Assembly: GCA_963809805.1 (NCBI GenBank) | Contig: CAWELB010000007.1 | Span: forward strand, 458,837 to 522,836 | Source of the DNA: an uncultured Chloroflexia bacterium | GTDB lineage: Bacteria > Chloroflexota > Anaerolineae > Anaerolineales > UBA4823 | Direction: 5' to 3' | Length of the DNA: 64,000 bases | Translations under genes and position numbers: made by a program | Notes under the pieces: model-generated | What the model was told of the DNA's origin: nothing | What the model saw: only the letters and a program-made list of their open reading frames with translations | Databases searched by the model: none | In this document: one piece after another, positions 8,018 through 16,266 of the stretch | How the letters are laid out: each line of letters starts with the position of its first letter | Numbering within the stretch: the first letter of the stretch is position 1

Positions 8018-9562
8018 TTATTCTCCTTTTATTACTGCAACAAACGATTTTTTATCCTTCTTGCATTGTCTCCAGATGACTTCTCTCGCGGTAGCGACAC
8101 CGCTGGGTAGCCCACCTCCAGGATAAACCCAATGACCGGTCATCCAGAAATTCTCCAGCCCTGGCAGGGTCTTGGGGATTTTAGCCAAGGCTTGCGCTGG
8201 TGTCAGCTTCCAGCCAGTGATGCTGCCCTTCAGGTTGCCGGTCATACGCTCGAAAGTGAGGGGGGTGGCAACATTGATCATTTCCACCTGCGCCGAGATG
8301 CCGGGCCAGATTTGCTCAATCGCGTCCAAATAAGCCCGGGAAATGTTCTCTTTCTCGACTTCATACGCACTGCGGTCTGACTCAAGTGATTTCCAAAATT
8401 CGTGGTCGGTGAAGATCGCCGAAGTCAGCACGGTCTTCCCCGTTGGAGCAAAACATGGATCTTCATTGCGGATACGGATTGGGATCATTTTATGCGCTTG
8501 TCCGGCAATCGATACGGGCGTGTGAAGCTCGAAGGCATTTCCTTCCACCGAAAATGGATAGTCGGAGAAAGTCCGCTTTACACCCGCGCTTACGTAGATC
8601 ACCGGCTGGATTGGTACCCAATGATCGTAGCGCTCGTGAATCTCTTTATCGGTGAATTTTCCTTCCAGAAGCTTGAAGATTGTGGTGTATCCATCCGCGC
8701 CAGAAACAACCACATCCGCTCTCTGTTCACTACCATCTTCGAACTGTACCCCCACCGCGCATCCCTCTTCGACCAGGATTTTTTCAACCCGTGACTGGTA
8801 TTTCACCCGTCCGCCAAGCTTCTTATATTGCTTTTCAAGAGTAAGCGCCATTGGCAAGGACCCACCCAGAGGATATGCGGCTTGATTTCTATACATGAAG
8901 CCCATTTGTGATAAGATCATGTAGAAGACGGAGAAGTCTGGCTCGAATGAATAGAGTAAGGCATTGCGTAGCAGCGGACTTTTAAAGCGTTCCGCAAGCT
9001 CCTTAACGGTGAGCTTGCTCCACTTTTGCACATCTTTCAAAAGTGGGAGAATCCCAAAGACGAATTTCATCCAGGCAAATGTCCCCGCCTCATATTGTTC
9101 CTTCATAGGCGGTTTGAAGCGGATGGCAAGCCGTATCCCATCGGCCAATTCATGGATTACGCTGGCATCTTCCGGCGCAAGATCCAGCAGGTGGGCCTCG
9201 AGCCGGTCGGGATCACAGTAAAAATTAACCCTTTGCCCATCCTTAGAATGGTATACGCCATAACGGTCGTGCTGTAGAAAATTACGACCTTCAAGCAAGC
9301 CGATTTCGTTCCAATAACGGTTCAGAAAGAATCCCGGACCGGATCCAGCCAGCCAATGGATGCACAGATCGATCAGGTAGCCTTTGCGCCGCCAGGCAGT
9401 AACCAGCCCACCCGGGATTTTGTGTTTCTCAATGATCTGCGTCTTATAGCCATTCATTTGCCCATAGATGCCGGTACATAGCCCGGCGACCCCGGCGCCA
9501 ATGATCAGGATGGATTTATCGGTCACAGCTGCGCCACCTTTCTCGAGGTCAAGACATCGCAA
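8018..9562 (-). CDS. FAD/NAD(P)-dependent oxidoreductase, phytoene-desaturase (CrtI)-like
   Basis: ILIIGAGVAGL dinucleotide-binding motif. The ~510-aa length and the C-terminal GHWVYPGGGLPSG are typical of CrtI-type amine-oxidase-fold enzymes. Its stop lies 4 nt upstream of the next gene's start. Confidence 0.75.
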   Translation of the reverse strand: MRCLDLEKGGAAVTDKSILIIGAGVAGLCTGIYGQMNGYKTQIIEKHKIPGGLVTAWRRKGYLIDLCIHWLAGSGPGFFLNRYWNEIGLLEGRNFLQHDRYGVYHSKDGQRVNFYCDPDRLEAHLLDLAPEDASVIHELADGIRLAIRFKPPMKEQYEAGTFAWMKFVFGILPLLKDVQKWSKLTVKELAERFKSPLLRNALLYSFEPDFSVFYMILSQMGFMYRNQAAYPLGGSLPMALTLEKQYKKLGGRVKYQSRVEKILVEEGCAVGVQFEDGSEQRADVVVSGADGYTTIFKLLEGKFTDKEIHERYDHWVPIQPVIYVSAGVKRTFSDYPFSVEGNAFELHTPVSIAGQAHKMIPIRIRNEDPCFAPTGKTVLTSAIFTDHEFWKSLESDRSAYEVEKENISRAYLDAIEQIWPGISAQVEMINVATPLTFERMTGNLKGSITGWKLTPAQALAKIPKTLPGLENFWMTGHWVYPGGGLPSGVATAREVIWRQCKKDKKSFVAVIKGE

Positions 9563-9592
9563 ACCAGTAGGATAGACATTGAATTCAACGTT

Positions 9593-10159
9593 TTACACAG
9601 CTATTCTCTTTTGCTGCTTCTGCTCATCAAGGATAATTAATCGCCCTACCACGGCCGCGATTAGTAATAAAACACCCGTTATCCACCCGCCGGTGCTGAA
9701 TCCAACGGGCAGATATTGTGCAAACAAGACACCTCCGCCGATCATCAAACCAGCTAGAATACTGAACTGCCACATTCCATACAAATAGCAAAAAGGTAGG
9801 TAGTGTGCACCGACTACAATCATGGCTGCCGGGTAGAACCAGTTTAGCTTAGCCAGGGTGGCAGCACCCACCAGAAGGAATCCGATCGGCACGGTAAATG
9901 CTATTTGCATCGCCAGCTGGTTCAGAGTGTTTCCTGGGCTGAGATTGGGTCTGCGCCCGATCAAATGTAACATCAGCTGAGTAAGTGGAAATATGAATAA
10001 ACCACCCAAGAATAACCCAAGCATTCCATAAATTGGGGCAACCCAGGTAGCTAGAGCTGCAGAGGCCAACCAAATAATCCCGGAAACCATTTGCCCGGCG
10101 AAGCCCCCCAGGAAGACGGTGCGCATTTCTCGCTGAGCTTCGTTTATGTTCATGTTCAT
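9593..10159 (-). CDS. polytopic membrane protein, unknown function
   Basis: 188 aa with about 5-6 hydrophobic helices. GAGGAG SD upstream of the ATG at 10159. Confidence 0.6.
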   Translation of the reverse strand: MNMNINEAQREMRTVFLGGFAGQMVSGIIWLASAALATWVAPIYGMLGLFLGGLFIFPLTQLMLHLIGRRPNLSPGNTLNQLAMQIAFTVPIGFLLVGAATLAKLNWFYPAAMIVVGAHYLPFCYLYGMWQFSILAGLMIGGGVLFAQYLPVGFSTGGWITGVLLLIAAVVGRLIILDEQKQQKRIAV

Positions 10160-10309
10160 TTCTCCTCAGGTATGTCAGTATATTGACTCGTCAGTGTAAT
10201 CATTGTTTTTCGGTTGGTAGAAGTCCCTGCGACGAAAATGTGAATGAAATGCGATGGCTTGATCATAGCTGGTTGACGTGGTGAATACCTCCGCCAATAG
10301 GGGAGTATT

Positions 10310-10329
10310 TACTGTCCAGGTGGACAGTA
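10310..10329 (-). promoter_or_regulatory. perfect 20-bp dyad TACTGTCC-AGGT-GGACAGTA with TAAATACT box (minus strand); candidate promoter/operator of 9593..10159
   Basis: Read directly. On the minus strand: GAAC-N20-TAAATA, with the dyad filling the spacer. Confidence 0.4.
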
Positions 10330-10353
10330 CAGTTCGACTTTGGAAAAATACCT

Positions 10354-10812
10354 TTACGGACCGGGCTGCCGGATGTAATCGCTCACATCCACGTTGTAGT
10401 CCATCTCTTCAAGCGTGAATACCGCCCAGGCCTTTCCTTGATCGAACCAGGTAGCTGATCCTGTCGTGCTTAGTTGGGTACCGGGGATGTTTTTGCCTGG
10501 CAGGTTTTTGGTGATCCAAAGGATTTTCCTGGCTTGTGTGCCAGCATCCCTGTAGCGCATGGCCTCCATGGTGTCTAATAAACCTGTGGCGGGATCGAAA
10601 CGCGTGACGAAATTTTCTTCATTTTCACCAAATGGAATATAGAGTAAGGCTGTCTTTTCATCCACAGGCTCCCAGTGGACACGTTTGTCAGTCAGCCATA
10701 TCGAAGGGAACCAGGCTGCCTCTGCCCACAGACCTAGTACTGCCCCCTGAGTGATGCTGGGATCGTTGTCAAAAGTCCCAATGGGCAGCTCAAAATGGCT
10801 GTTGCCGTCCAC
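10354..10812 (-). CDS. hypothetical protein, possibly a 5'-truncated remnant
   Basis: 152-aa ORF. The only in-frame start is a GTG with no SD, and an in-frame TGA lies 6 codons upstream. The sequence looks like a soluble beta-rich domain. Confidence 0.45.
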   Translation of the reverse strand: MDGNSHFELPIGTFDNDPSITQGAVLGLWAEAAWFPSIWLTDKRVHWEPVDEKTALLYIPFGENEENFVTRFDPATGLLDTMEAMRYRDAGTQARKILWITKNLPGKNIPGTQLSTTGSATWFDQGKAWAVFTLEEMDYNVDVSDYIRQPGP

Positions 10813-10898
10813 GTAGCTCTCATTGGAAAATCAATGGTTTCATAATCAGTATATTGGTTTTTAAATCGAAACTCCCCCACCTAAGGGGGAGTTTTATA

Positions 10899-10914
10899 CT
10901 GTCCGAATGGATAG
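10899..10914 (-). promoter_or_regulatory. dyad CTGTCC-GAAT-GGATAG with TATAAAACT box (minus strand)
   Basis: Read directly. Its centre is 94.5 nt upstream of position 10812. Transcription from the box would run straight into a perfect 10-bp hairpin (10869-10878/10885-10894). Confidence 0.4.
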
Positions 10915-10929
10915 GTTGTTTAGCGCAGC

Positions 10930-11679
10930 TTATTTATTTCCAAGCGATTTGAATTGTCCTATCCCTGATGAATTTGTGCTGGTCTGCGGACTGCCATAAT
11001 AGGAGACATTCCCGGCACCGCTGATATTACCAGTCAGCTGGTTTGTCACCCACAGGGTGGTTCCACCCAATCCCGAGATGGTTACGTTAGCAGTCTGGAT
11101 TTTTAAGTCTGGTGCATTCACATTGCCCGCACCAGATATATCTATAGAAGTCTGGGTAGCCTGACCAGACACATCAATTCCTCCCAGCCCACTGATGGAT
11201 ATTTTGAGATTATCGGTCGTGATCTGGTTTTGTGTAACTTTGCCAGCTCCACTCAGGTTTATTGCCATGCTAGGGGTTGATAGCGTTTCAACCTGGACGT
11301 CTCCAGCCCCACTGACTGCCAGGGAGGTGAGGTCTTTGACCACGATGGTGAAGGTCAACATATTCTCGCTGGTTAATGTGGAGACGGTAATATTATCTTT
11401 GGTCTTGATAATGAGGGTTTTGTTATTTACCGTGGTGGTGATTTCCGGTACCAGGTTGTCGGGTCCTGATATGTTAAGCGATTCTTGATCACCCTGCATG
11501 ATGTTGACTTTTCCAAATGTACTAAATTCTATCGCATTAAAACCACTGACATTGCGATTCTCACTGATGAGTACATTGGACGGAGTGAGCACCTTGACAC
11601 CCGCTTGCGATAAAATGCCGCAGCTTACGAGTAGTGTGGATATGAGTAACAAGGAAATAACGCTGGTTCGTGTTTTCAT
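10930..11679 (-). CDS. lipoprotein with DUF2807/GIN (putative adhesin head) repeats
   Basis: Signal peptide plus LVSCG lipobox. Repeated ISGAGNV / LSGAGKV / ISGLGG beta-helix-like motifs characteristic of the GIN/DUF2807 family. Confidence 0.7.
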   Translation of the reverse strand: MKTRTSVISLLLISTLLVSCGILSQAGVKVLTPSNVLISENRNVSGFNAIEFSTFGKVNIMQGDQESLNISGPDNLVPEITTTVNNKTLIIKTKDNITVSTLTSENMLTFTIVVKDLTSLAVSGAGDVQVETLSTPSMAINLSGAGKVTQNQITTDNLKISISGLGGIDVSGQATQTSIDISGAGNVNAPDLKIQTANVTISGLGGTTLWVTNQLTGNISGAGNVSYYGSPQTSTNSSGIGQFKSLGNK

Positions 11680-11789
11680 TCTATATATCCTTTCAGATGA
11701 TTGAATTGATTGAAGATCACGTATATTATTATAATAATATACCTGCGAAATTAGTACCCCTATCGATGGGGGAGTTATTACCTGTCCGG

Positions 11790-11809
11790 ACGGACAGGTG
11801 TTTGGATAG
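11790..11809 (-). promoter_or_regulatory. perfect 20-bp dyad ACCTGTCC-GGAC-GGACAGGT with TAATAACT box (minus strand); candidate promoter/operator of 10930..11679
   Basis: Read directly. On the minus strand: AAAC-N19-TAATAA, with the dyad in the spacer. Confidence 0.4.
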
Positions 11810-11919
11810 GGCTAAGAATTCCGGGATGAATTGACCCAATCTTAATACAAGACCAGAATTTTTCGAGACCCGGTATGATCTTGAGAGGCTCTGGGATCAA
11901 TGCATTTCAGGTAAATTTT

Positions 11920-12627
11920 CTAAAACATAATGACGACCAGGTTCATGGCAGCATGCAGGAATATCGAAGGATACACACTTTCGGTCTTTGAACGGGCAAT
12001 ACCATATACGATCCCCCAAATCGTAGCATTGAGCACCTGGATAACAATGAACTGGAGCGGAACACCAGCATTCAGGTTGTTGGCATGCAGCAGACCGAAT
12101 GCAATTCCGCTAAGCACTACTGTCAGGCGGTTGCTGGTGGTCTCTGGAAAAATCCTGCGTAGAACTTGAAGGAGGATGATGAAGACGAGACCTCGCCAGA
12201 ACAGCTCTTCCACGAATGGAACGGTAACCACTTCCGTTACAAGCCATTGATTGCCGCTGTACGGAGTTGTGCTGCCAGTTAACCACAGGTACGCCGCAAT
12301 CACACCGCAATTGGCGAGCAGCATGATCAATAGCATACGCCAGTGCTGCCAGATTTTGCCAATTTGGAGACCAAATGAACGCGGCCGCCAGATGGCGAGT
12401 GGTATTATGAAGATGAGCAGATGGAGGCGTTGGACTACTCCCCACGCCAGGGCGAGCCAGGCAGATGTTCCAACATTGGGAAACCACGAGTTGCTGAACT
12501 TGTAATACACATTATCGACCACCAGGAAGAGTGCGACGAACGCTAATAATCCTGTGAATACGAGAATGGTTAACCAGAATCGTCTCGACCTTGGTAATGA
12601 ATTTGTCTCCAGCGCATAATTATTCAT
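11920..12627 (-). CDS. CPBP-family intramembrane glutamic endopeptidase (CAAX protease/Abi-like)
   Basis: Motifs EELFWRG, FGLLHANN and FLHAAMN in a 7-8 TM protein. Confidence 0.8.
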   Translation of the reverse strand: MNNYALETNSLPRSRRFWLTILVFTGLLAFVALFLVVDNVYYKFSNSWFPNVGTSAWLALAWGVVQRLHLLIFIIPLAIWRPRSFGLQIGKIWQHWRMLLIMLLANCGVIAAYLWLTGSTTPYSGNQWLVTEVVTVPFVEELFWRGLVFIILLQVLRRIFPETTSNRLTVVLSGIAFGLLHANNLNAGVPLQFIVIQVLNATIWGIVYGIARSKTESVYPSIFLHAAMNLVVIMF

Positions 12628-12749
12628 CGTTAATCCTTAAAAAAAGTGATCTCCTACCGCAAGGGTAGCTTTCATCTGTTGATAAAAAGTGGTTTAGAAC
12701 GATTTCTACTGCTAGAACCCACTCCGAACTGGAAGAGTTTCGACCTTGA

Positions 12750-13214
12750 TTAACGAATACAACAAGCCAGGCGCACTTTGGTAATTTCAGCTTCAATATA
12801 CGCCTGACCCAGGCAGCGTGCCACCGAGATCCGATGGTGACCGTCACGGACATAGTACTCTCCATCCACTTCAACCAGCTCAACTGGAGGCAGCACATGA
12901 CCACGCAAGTTTTCGGCGGCGATATTCAACCATCGATTGCGGGAAATTTCCTTGGTGGGGAAAAACCTTGCATCGAAGGCATCGCCCTTGCCTTCTGAGC
13001 CGTGAATCTGATCGATTGGAACCGGGTGGATCCCGATGTAATGACTGTTTTGAATGCTGTTACAGCATAATGCCCCTGCGAGATTAAGTAAATGTATCGG
13101 CTGGTGAACAAAGCGAGCCCAAAGGCGGTGAAACCAACCCTTTACAGTTGATCGCCAATAGAGGGACACGGTTTGGCTAATTGGGGTTGGGGGATTTAGG
13201 CTGTCTGAGATCAT
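12750..13214 (-). CDS. ParB N-terminal-domain (ParB/sulfiredoxin-like) protein
   Basis: PPVELVEVDGEYYVRDGHHRISVAR, a DGHHR-type ParB-like nuclease-domain motif. GGAGGAAACC SD upstream of the ATG at 13214. Confidence 0.6.
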   Translation of the reverse strand: MISDSLNPPTPISQTVSLYWRSTVKGWFHRLWARFVHQPIHLLNLAGALCCNSIQNSHYIGIHPVPIDQIHGSEGKGDAFDARFFPTKEISRNRWLNIAAENLRGHVLPPVELVEVDGEYYVRDGHHRISVARCLGQAYIEAEITKVRLACCIR

Positions 13215-13301
13215 GGTTTCCTCCGTGTCATCGATCTATTCACGATGCTAAGTCTACAACCTGGCGGGATTTTATCCCTCCGGCGCAAGTCCAGTATTTA
13301 C

Positions 13302-13317
13302 CTATCCAAATGGTTAG
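13302..13317 (-). promoter_or_regulatory. imperfect dyad CTATCC-AAAT-GGTTAG with TAAATACT box (minus strand), in the divergent region between the ParB-like gene and the kinase operon
   Basis: Read directly. Its centre is 95.5 nt upstream of the start codon at 13214. Confidence 0.35.
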
Positions 13318-13411
13318 TTAATGGTATTATTGCATCTTGTGTTAGAAGCATTACTGGTATGGCGCGATTAGCTAGCGTTGGTGTTAATCACGTTATAGGT
13401 AATAGTTTCCC

Positions 13412-15013
13412 ATGTCTAAAATCACAAACGATAACAACCCTGAGCCTCTGAAAATAGAAAAATTCAATCATTCCGATATGCGCTTTAGGATCATGTTCGA
13501 TACCGCCGCAGTTGGGATTGGGATGCTTAGCCTGGATCGCAAGCTAATGGATGCCAACCCGGCTTTATGCCGTATGTTTGGATACACACGCGAAGAGTTC
13601 ATCGGTGAAAACCCCTCATTGGTCACTTATTCCGAGGATGCTGCTGTCTCTGCACGACAGTTTACTGAATTGTTGTCCAGCAAGGACGATTATTTCTGGG
13701 GTGAAAGACGCTACGTTCGCAAGAACGGAGAAGTTTTTTGGGCTCAAGTCACCATGTCGGTCGTGCGTGACGAGATCGGCAAGCCCCTTTACATCGTGGG
13801 AATGCTGATAGATATCAACGAACAGAAAAGAACGGTGGGTGAATTACAACAATCCGAGGCACGTTTCAAGGCTATCTTCGATAATACCTCAGTTGGAATT
13901 GCCCTCACCGACCTCAACCGCAAGATTATACAAGTTAATGAAGCAGCCGCTCGTATCACCGGATATTCCCGTGATGAGCTGGAAAAAATTGATCCGGTAG
14001 AGCTCTCTATACCAGAGGATCGCTTGATTGGACAGGAAGCATTGCAGGAAATGCTTGCGGGTCGACGCGATGGTATGACCGTTGAACGCCGCTATATGCG
14101 TAAGAACCATGAGATATTTTGGGGGCGGGTTACCTATTCATTGGTGCGAAATCGGATCGGTAAACCACTTTACCTGATCGGTTTAATCGAAGATATCAAC
14201 GAGCAAAAACTGGCAGAAGTAAAATTAGATGAACAGCAAGCAGAGTACCGTCGAAACCTGGAACAAAGAGTTGAAGCCAGGACCCGTGAATTAAGCGAAA
14301 CCAATCTACAGCTGGTCAACGAAATTGAACAACGCCAGCAAGCCGAAGATGCTCTGGCTGCCAAGGCTGTCGAGGAAGCCATCCTGGCAGAGCGCACCCG
14401 CCTGGCACATGATCTCCACGATGCTGTAACGCAGACTCTTTTTTCCGCCAGCCTGATTGCTGAAGTTCTCCCTGAGCTATGGGAGATAAATCCCGAGGAA
14501 GCACGTAAGAGCAACGAGGAATTGCGCCAGCTCACCCGCGGAGCATTGGCCGAGATGCGCACCCTGCTTTTTGAGCTGCGCCCGGCTGCATTAACCCAGG
14601 CACGTTTCCCCGACCTGGTCAGGCAATTATGTGATGCGGTGATTGGGCGGGCACGCCTGAGCGTAAACCTTTCGGTCAGTGGTAATTATGAGCTGCCAGC
14701 TGATATCAAAGTGTCATTTTATCGAATTGCTCAGGAGAGCTTGAATAATATTGTGAAGTATTCCCGCGCTACCCAGGTTGATATTTCGATTTCCTTAGAT
14801 TGCTGTGACGTACGCATGGATGTCATCGATGATGGCGTCGGATTCGATAGCGCCAATATCAAGCCAACCAGCCTGGGTATGCGCATCATGCGTGAGCGGG
14901 CGGAAGCCATCCATGCACGATTGAATATCTCGAGCACGCCCGGCAAGGGCACACGGGTGGGCGTGGTATGGAATGAAGATGAGTTGATCCCAATCTCTAA
15001 GCTTACAAAATAA
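13412..15013 (+). CDS. soluble sensor histidine kinase (PAS-PAS-coiled coil-HisKA_3-HATPase_c)
   Basis: No N-terminal TM segment. Two PAS-like repeats (...RYVRKNGEVFWAQV..., ...RYMRKNHEIFWGRV...). H-box LAHDLHDAVTQTL, N-box QESLNNIVKYS, and DDGVGF. Confidence 0.85.
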   Translation: MSKITNDNNPEPLKIEKFNHSDMRFRIMFDTAAVGIGMLSLDRKLMDANPALCRMFGYTREEFIGENPSLVTYSEDAAVSARQFTELLSSKDDYFWGERRYVRKNGEVFWAQVTMSVVRDEIGKPLYIVGMLIDINEQKRTVGELQQSEARFKAIFDNTSVGIALTDLNRKIIQVNEAAARITGYSRDELEKIDPVELSIPEDRLIGQEALQEMLAGRRDGMTVERRYMRKNHEIFWGRVTYSLVRNRIGKPLYLIGLIEDINEQKLAEVKLDEQQAEYRRNLEQRVEARTRELSETNLQLVNEIEQRQQAEDALAAKAVEEAILAERTRLAHDLHDAVTQTLFSASLIAEVLPELWEINPEEARKSNEELRQLTRGALAEMRTLLFELRPAALTQARFPDLVRQLCDAVIGRARLSVNLSVSGNYELPADIKVSFYRIAQESLNNIVKYSRATQVDISISLDCCDVRMDVIDDGVGFDSANIKPTSLGMRIMRERAEAIHARLNISSTPGKGTRVGVVWNEDELIPISKLTK

Positions 15014-15025
15014 AAAAGGAATACT

Positions 15026-15655
15026 ATGTCTCCCATTCGCGTAATATTGGTGGATGACCACGCCGTCGTCAGGAGCGGGTTAAGTAAGTTTTTGATGGTT
15101 AATAAGGATATGGAGCTGGTTGGTGAAGCTTCAGATGGTATGGAAGCTGTGCAAGCGGCAGGAATGTACAAACCTGATGTGATCTTGATGGACCTGTTGA
15201 TGCCCGGGATGGATGGTATTACTGCCACGCGTGAAATCCACCAGAAATATCCTCATGTCAAGATCATTGCTCTCACCAGCTTCTCCGAGCAAAATATGGT
15301 CCAGGGTGCTTTACAAGCCGGTGCGGTAGGATACCTGCAAAAGAATGTAACTGCAATGGAGCTTGCGAACGCGATCCGCTCGGCGTATACCGGTCGAATG
15401 GTGCTTTCACCGGAAGCGACCCAGGTATTAGCGCAAGCAGTGACTCAATCGCACCTGCCGGGAAACGGTCTCACCGAACGTGAACGGGATGTGTTGCGCT
15501 GCATGGTCGAAGGGATGAATAATAATGAGATCGCCGAGAAGCTGGTGGTCAGTCTGGGCACAGTCAAGTTTCACATCTCAAATATCTTTCAGAAATTGGG
15601 TGTGGGTAGCCGTGTCGAAGCAGTGAAGATGGCGATAGAGCAAAAAATTGTTTGA
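15026..15655 (+). CDS. NarL/FixJ-family response regulator (REC + LuxR-type HTH)
   Basis: DDH...DVILMDLLMPGMDG receiver motifs. C-terminal LTERERDVLRCMVEGMNNNEIAEKLVVSLGTVKFHISNIFQKLGV. Starts 12 nt after the kinase stop. Confidence 0.9.
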   Translation: MSPIRVILVDDHAVVRSGLSKFLMVNKDMELVGEASDGMEAVQAAGMYKPDVILMDLLMPGMDGITATREIHQKYPHVKIIALTSFSEQNMVQGALQAGAVGYLQKNVTAMELANAIRSAYTGRMVLSPEATQVLAQAVTQSHLPGNGLTERERDVLRCMVEGMNNNEIAEKLVVSLGTVKFHISNIFQKLGVGSRVEAVKMAIEQKIV

Positions 15656-15679
15656 TGGCTTTACCTGTATGAGGAGTCA

Positions 15680-15710
15680 AGAGCGATGGAAAGCACCATC
15701 GCTCTTTTAT
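15680..15710 (+). terminator. rho-independent terminator of the kinase/regulator operon
   Basis: agagcgatgg (15680-15689), loop aaagca, ccatcgctct (15696-15705), followed by tttatttaa. Confidence 0.6.
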
Positions 15711-15782
15711 TTAACCTATCCATCTGACTAGGAGGAAACCCGACTTATGATAGATGCATTCAGATTGGCATACAGATAGACT

Positions 15783-16193
15783 ATGGATGAGGAAAAAATG
15801 ACTCGAATATTGATCGCAGATCCCGACTCTGCCAGTCGAAATGCATTAAGCCTGTTGCTCATCCAAAAATTGGGAATTACCGACCTATATGAAGCTGTTG
15901 ACACAGAGACCCTGATCAAATCTTTGGCGGAGCATCCACTTGATATCCTGCTGCTTGATTGGAGACTTTACGGCGCTCCAGCACCTGAAACATGCCGCCT
16001 GATCCTAAAAGCATATCCAAATATTAGGATCGTCTTGCTCAGCGTGGATGCTAATGATTGCTGCACTGCCCTGGAAGCCGGAGCGGGATTCATTCATAAG
16101 GGCTCCTCACCTTGGGACGCACTGGCGGTGCTTGAACCTTTGGTGAATAAGCAGGATAAAGAGCGAGAGAAAGACGAACAACCTGACGAATAG
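15783..16193 (+). CDS. stand-alone receiver-domain protein (single-domain response regulator)
   Basis: ILIADPD..., LLLDW (phospho-acceptor Asp), LLSVD, IHKG. No output domain, and an acidic/basic tail. The start may be the internal ATG at 15798. Confidence 0.75.
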   Translation: MDEEKMTRILIADPDSASRNALSLLLIQKLGITDLYEAVDTETLIKSLAEHPLDILLLDWRLYGAPAPETCRLILKAYPNIRIVLLSVDANDCCTALEAGAGFIHKGSSPWDALAVLEPLVNKQDKEREKDEQPDE

Positions 16194-16266
16194 CTCTTCC
16201 ACGAGTTCGCCTTCTCCCCATGATGTATCAAAATATTTGCTCGAAAAAGGGAAAAATTAGATATCT

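Noticed and set aside
12620-12904. 94-aa minus-strand ORF overlapping the end of the ParB-like gene and the CPBP upstream region
   Set aside because: It is out of frame with and overlaps the better-supported 12750-13214 gene, and it shows no SD or motifs.
15716-15731. Sixth possible member of the CTRTCC-N4-GGAYAG family (CTATCC-ATCT-GACTAG) after the regulator operon terminator
   Set aside because: Only 4 of 6 arm positions pair. In the family orientation it would fire antisense into the response-regulator gene. The preceding hairpin plus T-tract is adequately explained as the operon terminator. I keep it as a weak candidate only.
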